Part shown: piece by piece, positions 58,035 through 64,000 of the stretch
Layout: each line of letters opens with the position of its first letter
Position numbering within the stretch: position 1 is the stretch's first letter
Origin: Abditibacteriaceae bacterium
GTDB lineage: Bacteria > Armatimonadota > Abditibacteriia > Abditibacteriales > Abditibacteriaceae
Reading direction: 5' to 3'
Assembly (NCBI GenBank): GCA_965277285.1
Contig: OZ255721.1
Coordinates: forward strand, 2,624,001-2,688,000
DNA length: 64,000 nucleotides
Notes under the pieces: model-generated
What the model saw: the letters and a program-made list of their open reading frames with translations, nothing else
Databases searched by the model: none
Told to the model about the DNA's origin: nothing
Program-made: the position numbers and the translations under genes

Positions 58035-58240
58035 CCAATGACGCCACGCTGGTGCGAAGTCAGGAAACGCGTTCGAGTACTCGAAACAAGTAATTTCTGG
58101 GAACAGCGTCTGGATTTGAACCAGAATTTCCAGTTTGGAGATAACCCTGAACCATCGGCCCAAGAAAGGCAAGTTGCGGGCAGGGAAAGAGCCGAAGCTC
58201 GCTGGCGTCCTCGCCTTTAGACGACGCTGTTCGTTTTCTT

Positions 58241-58384
58241 CGCAGACGCCGACGGGATTTGAACCCGCGACCTCCGGCGTAATGATAACCTTCTTCTATC
58301 GGCTCAAATAATCAAGCAAGTTGGCGAGGAAGGGAATTGGCTTGCGCCTTCCGGCGAGCTGACCACTGCTCCACGACATCTGCG
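58241..58384 (-). ncRNA. tRNA-like RNA with a ~65-70 nt insert in the anticodon arm
   Basis: Acceptor GATGTCG/CGGCGTC, D arm GAGC-AGTGGTCA-GCTC, CCGG stem, AGGTC, T arm GCGGG-TTCAAAT-CCCGT; no encoded CCA. Confidence 0.7.
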
Positions 58385-58409
58385 AAGAATCGTCATTATA
58401 CTTCAATTT

Positions 58410-59651
58410 ATGAACGGCAAAAACATCATTCTCGGTGTATGCGGCGGAATTGCGGCGTATAAAAGCTGCGAATTGGCGTCGCGCCTGGCGCAAAAGGGCG
58501 CGCGCGTTCACGTCGTGATGACCGACAATGCGAAGCGTTTTGTCAATCCGCAAACCTTTGCCGCATTAACGTTACAGCCGGTTCACACAAGTTTGTGGCC
58601 GCAAAATCTGGAAAATGAAAGCGGCGTGGCGGCTTCGATGGCGCATATTTCCTTGGCGCGCGAAGCCGATGCAATTTTGATCGCGCCCACGACAGCGAAC
58701 ACGATTGCAAAACTGGTGCACGGCATGGCCGACGATTTACTGACAACGATTTGCCTGGCGACGCGCGCGCCGATTTTAGTTGCGCCTGCCATGAATCCGC
58801 AAATGTGGTCGCATCCGGCGACACAAAAAAACCTTCGTGCGCTGCAAGACTTAGGTTACGAAATTATTCAGCCGGAAAGCGGGCGCATGGCGTGCGAAGA
58901 TGTTGGCAGCGGTCGCTTACCGGAAACAACAGTTTTAATCGAAGCCTTGAATCGAGTACTCGAAAGAGCGCAAATACTGCAGGATTTCGCGGGAAAGACG
59001 GTTTTGGTGACAGCTGGCCCGACACGCGAATTGCTTGATCCGGTGCGATTTCTCACCAATCGCAGTAGCGGAAAAATGGGTTACGCGATTGCGCATGAAA
59101 TGCAAAGCCGCGGCGCGAAAGTGCAACTTGTCAGCGGCCCGACGAATCTTTCAACGCCAACAAACGTGGAACGAATTAACGTGGAACGAATTGATGTGAC
59201 GACGACGCAGGAGATGTTCGAGGCCGCGACCAAAATCGCGCACGATGTGAACATTATCATCGCGTGTGCCGCGCCCGCCGATTTTCGCGCCAGGACAATC
59301 GCGCCGCAGAAAATCAAGAAATCGAGTACTCGAAAGAGTTTGCAACTCGAACTTGAAGCGACGCCCGACATCGTGGCCGCGATTGCAAAAGCGAAGAAAC
59401 CGCAGCAAATTGTGATCGGTTTCGCGGCGGAAACCGAGGATTTAGTGAAAAACGCGCGCCACAAACTGGTCGAGAAGAATCTTGATGCGATTGTGGCGAA
59501 CGATGTTTCAGGCGATCAAAGTGGTTTCGACAGCGACTTCAATCGCGTGACGTGGATCACAAAAAACGGTGAAGAATCGTGGCCGCTGATTCGTAAAAGC
59601 GAAGTCGCCGCGCGCTTGTGCGACGCCATCGCCAAGATGTCAGAAAAATAG
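58410..59651 (+). CDS. coaBC: Phosphopantothenoylcysteine decarboxylase/ligase
   Basis: GGIAAYKS, APAMN..MW, TAGPTRE.LDPVRFLTNRSSGKMG, GFAAET. Confidence 0.96.
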   Translation: MNGKNIILGVCGGIAAYKSCELASRLAQKGARVHVVMTDNAKRFVNPQTFAALTLQPVHTSLWPQNLENESGVAASMAHISLAREADAILIAPTTANTIAKLVHGMADDLLTTICLATRAPILVAPAMNPQMWSHPATQKNLRALQDLGYEIIQPESGRMACEDVGSGRLPETTVLIEALNRVLERAQILQDFAGKTVLVTAGPTRELLDPVRFLTNRSSGKMGYAIAHEMQSRGAKVQLVSGPTNLSTPTNVERINVERIDVTTTQEMFEAATKIAHDVNIIIACAAPADFRARTIAPQKIKKSSTRKSLQLELEATPDIVAAIAKAKKPQQIVIGFAAETEDLVKNARHKLVEKNLDAIVANDVSGDQSGFDSDFNRVTWITKNGEESWPLIRKSEVAARLCDAIAKMSEK

Positions 59652-59706
59652 CCACAAAGAGCACAAAAGTAATCGGCAAATTTTTTTGTGCTCTTTGTGG
59701 CTATTT
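59646..59706. terminator. Inverted repeat between convergent genes
   Basis: AAATAGCCACAAAGAGCACAAAA...TTTTGTGCTCTTTGTGGCTATTT. Confidence 0.75.
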
Positions 59707-60305
59707 CATCGTATGGCTTGCGCGCAGTTCGGGCATTCGCGGATGACGCGGAATTGGTCGTTCATGCTTTCAAACTTGGCGCGCGGCCCCATGTAAGAGC
59801 AATCGCCGCACTTCATCCAACCTGTGGGAATGCGGCTGACAAACGGCGCCGCGTCTTCGCTGTTTTGTTCGACAGATGCGCTATAACGATTGGCGCGCCG
59901 CAACTGTGCGACGACGCGCGCGACCAGCAGCTTGGGATCAAATGGCTTGATGACGTAATCATCAGCGCCCAATTTCAGGCCGTGCATTTGGTCTTCGGGC
60001 TGGTCGCGCGCTGTCGCCATGATGATCGGCACGTTGCTCGATGCGCGGATTTTGCTGCACACTTCGTAACCCGTCATGTCGGGCAACATCAAGTCGAGCA
60101 ACACCAAATCAACGGCGTGTTGCTGGAAAATCTGCAAACCGGCGCGACCGCTTGGCGCTGTGAGAGTTCCTAACTTTGCCTTGGTCAGGTTCGCTTCAAT
60201 CAGGCGCGCGATGTGCGGATCGTCCTCAATCACTAAAATCTGAAAACGTGGTTCGTTATTGGTCAGGTTGTTCGATGTTTGATGGTTCATAGGCTCAAGT
60301 TTCAT
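59706..60305 (-). CDS. Response regulator receiver with a C-terminal Zn-ribbon-like tail
   Basis: ILVIEDD, LDLMLPD, GADDYVIKPF; CGDC...CPNC. Confidence 0.85.
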   Translation of the reverse strand: MKLEPMNHQTSNNLTNNEPRFQILVIEDDPHIARLIEANLTKAKLGTLTAPSGRAGLQIFQQHAVDLVLLDLMLPDMTGYEVCSKIRASSNVPIIMATARDQPEDQMHGLKLGADDYVIKPFDPKLLVARVVAQLRRANRYSASVEQNSEDAAPFVSRIPTGWMKCGDCSYMGPRAKFESMNDQFRVIRECPNCAQAIR

Positions 60306-60501
60306 TTGTGAAAAGTTTCACGACAGTTGGAATCTTAGCTGATGCAGATTAAGGGCAGGTTACATTTGGCTGAAGTTTGTGTAGATTTTGCACATTGATT
60401 AAAATAGATTGAGTACTCGATTGTGAGTGCAGGCGAAAAGGTGCTGACTGTTCGACGTGGGGAACAAGGCGCCTTTCGCTGTTCAATTCGATGGAGAAAC
60501 C

Positions 60502-61683
60502 ATGACAAGTTATCATTTCACGAGCGAGAGCGTGACCGAAGGCCATCCCGACAAAATGGCCGATCAGATTTCGGACGCCGTTTTGGATGCCATGCTGCGC
60601 GACGATCCGACTTCGCGCGTCGCCTGCGAAACCTTTCTAACGACGGGTTTGGTGCTGGTGGCCGGAGAAATCACCACCAAAACTTATGTCGAGATTCCAC
60701 AACTGGTACGCAAAGTCATCAAAGATATTGGCTACACGCGCGCCAAATTCGGCTTCGATTACCTGACGACGGGCATTATGACGAGCATTCAGCAGCAATC
60801 GCCCGACATCGCGCAAGGCGTCAATCAAAGCGAAGAAGCGCGCGAAGGCAACAAAGACCCATATGAGACAACGGGTGCTGGCGATCAAGGTATGATGTTC
60901 GGTTATGCCGCGAACGAAACGCCGCAATTGATGCCGTTGCCGATTTCTCTGGCGCACAAACTGGCGCACCAATTGGCCGACGTGCGCAAAAATGAAACGC
61001 TTTCGTATTTGCGCCCCGATGGCAAAACTCAAGTCACCGTCCGATACGAAAACGACAAGCCAGTCGCCGTCGATAAGATTTTGATTTCGACGCAGCATCG
61101 TCCCGATGTCGATCAAAAGCAGATTCAAGCCGACTTGATTGCGCACGTTATCAAGCCGGTTCTGGGCGAACAATGGTATCACGAAGGCATCGAAATCTTC
61201 GTCAACCCGACGGGACGTTTCGTGATCGGCGGGCCGCAGGGCGATACCGGTTTGACGGGACGCAAAATCATCGTCGACACATACGGAGGCATGGGGCGTC
61301 ACGGCGGCGGCGCGTTCAGTGGCAAAGACCCGACGAAAGTGGATCGTTCGGCGTGTTACATGATGCGCTATGTGGCGAAAAATATTGTCGCTTCGGGCTT
61401 GGCCGAGCGTTGCGAAACGCAAGTCGCCTATGCGATTGGCAAAGCCGAGCCACTTTCGGTTTACGTCAATACTTTTGGCACAGGCCAGGTTTCCGACGCG
61501 GCAATTGCCAAAGCTATCCGCGAAACTTTTGATCTTCGCCCTAAAGCGATCATTGATTCGCTGAACCTTTTGCGCCCAATTTATCGCAAAACGTCCAACT
61601 ACGGTCACTTTGGCCGCGAAGATGTTGACTTTACCTGGGAAAAAACCGACAAAATCGAGGCCTTGAAAAAAGCTGCCGGTTAA
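60502..61683 (+). CDS. metK: S-adenosylmethionine synthetase
   Basis: [34 protein letters not shown]. Confidence 0.97.
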   Translation: MTSYHFTSESVTEGHPDKMADQISDAVLDAMLRDDPTSRVACETFLTTGLVLVAGEITTKTYVEIPQLVRKVIKDIGYTRAKFGFDYLTTGIMTSIQQQSPDIAQGVNQSEEAREGNKDPYETTGAGDQGMMFGYAANETPQLMPLPISLAHKLAHQLADVRKNETLSYLRPDGKTQVTVRYENDKPVAVDKILISTQHRPDVDQKQIQADLIAHVIKPVLGEQWYHEGIEIFVNPTGRFVIGGPQGDTGLTGRKIIVDTYGGMGRHGGGAFSGKDPTKVDRSACYMMRYVAKNIVASGLAERCETQVAYAIGKAEPLSVYVNTFGTGQVSDAAIAKAIRETFDLRPKAIIDSLNLLRPIYRKTSNYGHFGREDVDFTWEKTDKIEALKKAAG

Positions 61684-62228
61684 AGCAGGACGAGTTCTTT
61701 CCAATCGTTTATCGAGTACTCGAACGCCATGAACTTTTTGATAAGTTCATGGCGTTTTCTTTTTTATAAATGTCAATTTGGAACGTTCTTTGCTCATTGA
61801 CTACCTTCGAGATGGGAAATAAGGAAAAAAGTCGTTGACAAGCTGGAAAAAGGCTTGTTATAATCGCTGTAAGTCGTAGAAATCTGTTGTCATCGATTGA
61901 ATTTCGCTCAAATTGTATGAACATTTCTTGCCACTTTGTTTTGGTTGATAGCTTGAGCCTTGGTTTGGGTTGTCGAATGTGTCTGTGCGATTGTCGGTGG
62001 CCGGCGTTGTGGCGAATGAAGGCATAAGTTTTCTTTCCTTCGATTTTCTTTTCCCACGCGCCGGCGCATTTCTAATTTGTGTCCGGCGCGTTTTCGTGCC
62101 GAAGCCAGAGAACAGTTGGAAAACGATGCAGATGCAACTTGCGATAAAAGTGCATCGTCTGCAGGAAGTCAGAAGAATCGAGTACTCGAAAGCTGTTGAG
62201 TGCAGTTTTCGTGGGACGAAAAAGCATT

Positions 62229-63698
62229 ATGGACGCTAACAAATATCAACGTCGATCGCCCAATATTTTGTGGATTTGCACCGATCAGCAGCGCTTTGAT
62301 ACGCTGGGCTGCTATGGAAATCCGTGGGTGAGGACGCCGAACCTGGATCGTCTGGCGCAGAGCGGGACGTTGTTTGAGAACGCGTTTTGCCAGAACCCGC
62401 TTTGCACGCCGTCGCGCGCCAGTTTCCTGACGGGTCGTTATCCGCGCACGACGCGCGCTCGCCAGAACGGGCAGTGCATTCCATCCGAAGAAATTCTCGT
62501 TCCCAAACTGCTGTCGCACGCCGGTTACACCTGCGGATTGGCCGGAAAACTTCATCTTTCGGTTTGCGCGCCGCACATCATTCAGGACACCGAGCAGCGC
62601 ATCGACGATGGCTACAAAGTCTTTCACTGGTCGCATCATCCCGATGGTCACTGGCCGACGGCGGCGTATAATTTGTGGCTGGATGAACAGGGCCTGGAAT
62701 ATAGCCGCACGGCGGTTACGGAATCGCCTTACGTTCAGAACAGCGTGCCCGAAAAACATCATCAGACGACATGGTGCGCCGAGAAAGCGATTGATTTCAT
62801 CGAAGAATATGGGCAGCGCGACGAACCGTGGCTGTTTTCGATGAACATCTTCGATCCACATCATCCGTTCGACCCGCCCGCCGAGTATTTGCAGCCTTAT
62901 CTGGACAAATTGGACGAAATTCCTTTGCCCAATTACGTCGAAGGCGAACTGGACGAAAAGCCGGTTTTTCAGCAGATCGACCATAGCGGCGCTTATGGCG
63001 GACAGCGCGGTTTGTATCCGTATGACCAGATGCAGGAGCGCGATCACAAAACGATCCGCGCCGCATATTGGGCGATGGTCGATTTGATCGACGCGCAAGT
63101 CGGTCGAGTACTCGATGCGCTGGAGAAAACCGGTCAGCGCGAAAACACGATTGTGATTTTCATGAGCGATCACGGCGAAATGCTGGGCGATCACGGCATT
63201 TACCTGAAAGGCCCGTTCTTTTACGAACCGGCGGTGAAAGTTCCGCTGATTGTTTCGTGGCCGGGCGTGGTGCAGGAAAATCTGCGCAGCAAAGCCTTGG
63301 TCGAATTGGTCGATTTGGCGCCGACGTTGTTGAATGCGGTCGGTCTTCCGGCTCGTTTGGGAATGCAAGGCCGTTCTCTGTGGCCGCTTTTGACGGGACA
63401 AATTGACGCGCACACGCATCGCGCCGACGTTTATTGCGAGCATTACGGTACGACGCACCATCGCCCCGACCAGGAAAGCGCTTACGCGACGATGTTGCGC
63501 ACGGAAGATTTCAAGTTGGTGACGGTTCATGGCCACGCCAACGGCGAATTGTACGACTTGAAGAACGATCCGCAGGAAACGCATAATTTGTGGCTGAGTG
63601 CCGAACACCAGTTTGAGAAACTGAGCTTGATGCAGCGCTTGTGCGACCGCATGGCGTGGACAGCCGACCCGCTGCCGCCGCGCAAAGGCCCGTATTAA
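62229..63698 (+). CDS. Sulfatase (formylglycine-dependent family)
   Basis: PNILWICTDQQR, CTPSRASFLTG, GKLH, PHHPF, SDHGEMLGDHG. Confidence 0.93.
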   Translation: MDANKYQRRSPNILWICTDQQRFDTLGCYGNPWVRTPNLDRLAQSGTLFENAFCQNPLCTPSRASFLTGRYPRTTRARQNGQCIPSEEILVPKLLSHAGYTCGLAGKLHLSVCAPHIIQDTEQRIDDGYKVFHWSHHPDGHWPTAAYNLWLDEQGLEYSRTAVTESPYVQNSVPEKHHQTTWCAEKAIDFIEEYGQRDEPWLFSMNIFDPHHPFDPPAEYLQPYLDKLDEIPLPNYVEGELDEKPVFQQIDHSGAYGGQRGLYPYDQMQERDHKTIRAAYWAMVDLIDAQVGRVLDALEKTGQRENTIVIFMSDHGEMLGDHGIYLKGPFFYEPAVKVPLIVSWPGVVQENLRSKALVELVDLAPTLLNAVGLPARLGMQGRSLWPLLTGQIDAHTHRADVYCEHYGTTHHRPDQESAYATMLRTEDFKLVTVHGHANGELYDLKNDPQETHNLWLSAEHQFEKLSLMQRLCDRMAWTADPLPPRKGPY

Positions 63699-63704
63699 AT
63701 TGAA

Positions 63705-63846
63705 TTCACCGCGAAGGACGCAAAGAGCGCGAAGAGGAAAGAAGAGGAAAGAAGAGTTTAGAAGTATGTACGGGCTTGGCGCGCTAAGCCCGTACAACTC
63801 ATCCCTCGCCCGTTTCTTTTCATCTCTTCGCATCCTTCGCGGTGAA
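63705..63846. repeat. Compound repeat: outer IR with a nested 28-bp GTAC palindrome
   Basis: TTCACCGCGAAGGA/TCCTTCGCGGTGAA; inner GTACGGGCTTGGCGCGCTAAGCCCGTAC 63768-63795. Confidence 0.75.
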
Positions 63847-63863
63847 AACTTCTGGAAAAACAA

Positions 63864-64000
63864 ATGAGTCATCTTCCCAATTTTATTATCCTGGGCGCCG
63901 CCAAAGCTGGAACGACGGCGCTTTATCATTATTTGCGACAGCATCCGCAGATTTATATGACGCCGCTCAAGGAAACCAATTTCTTCGCCTTGAAAGATCG
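63864..64000 (+). CDS. Sulfotransferase, N-terminal fragment (runs off window end)
   Basis: LPNFIILGAAKAGTTALYHYLRQHPQIYM...KETNFF, PAPS-binding motif. Confidence 0.85.
   Translation, partial: MSHLPNFIILGAAKAGTTALYHYLRQHPQIYMTPLKETNFFALKD

Larger units (their letters stand above)
416..63115. repeat. Dispersed highly iterated palindrome TCGAGTACTCGA (43 exact copies, ~20 near-copies)
   Basis: Exact starts: 416, 2635, 4026, 8715, 10895, 11801, 15253, 16385, 19384, 20684, 20975, 21746, 22232, 24006, 24398, 26116, 27605, 28932, 30238, 31523, 32669, 35090, 36621, 37231, 38281, 38766, 39518, 40682, 41334, 41725, 42684, 46946, 50585, 53614, 54908, 57043, 57694, 58073, 58952, 59322, 61712, 62178, 63104. 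Confidence 0.97.

Noticed and set aside
60637..61704. 355-aa minus-strand ORF
   Set aside because: Antisense shadow of metK.
61730..62200. Long AT-richer spacer after metK as a gene or ncRNA
   Set aside because: Only short hairpins and weak ORFs; nothing supportable.
416..63115. Palindrome copies as a CRISPR array or as cloning-linker/assembly artefacts
   Set aside because: Spacing is irregular and kb-scale with no cas genes. Copies keep essential reading frames intact and grade into one-mismatch variants, which an artefact would not do.
62169..63944. 591-aa minus-strand ORF
   Set aside because: Antisense shadow of the sulfatase gene that also runs through repeats.

Overview
Bacterial chromosome segment spanning the replication origin. 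Genes point mostly leftward left of ~41 kb and rightward right of ~50 kb. Contents: dnaA, dnaN, recF, dciA, rpmH-rnpA-yidD-yidC-jag, parAB with two parS sites, and housekeeping genes (pyrD/pyrK, nrdR, glgC, galT, PBP1A, proS, serS, uppP, nfi, rpe, gmk, coaBC, metK). The lineage is possibly Armatimonadota/Abditibacteriota-like; this is weak inference only. The dominant unexplained signal is a 12-bp palindrome, TCGAGTACTCGA, with 43 exact copies counted by eye plus ~20 near-copies. It occurs between genes and inside essential genes in all three reading frames, but not in a recently inserted IS, which suggests a HIP1/uptake-sequence-like chromosome-wide mark. Other notable items: a complete 2.5-kb IS1-family element with passenger genes and a symmetric bidirectional promoter; a CxxC/RAPP leader followed by cupredoxin, Met/His-rich barrel and Cys-rich peptide genes between oriC and dnaA; a tRNA mimic with a long anticodon-arm insert; an ArgRS homologue lacking HIGH; a MITE; several REP-like families; and three genes with single lesions. 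All counts and coordinates are manual.
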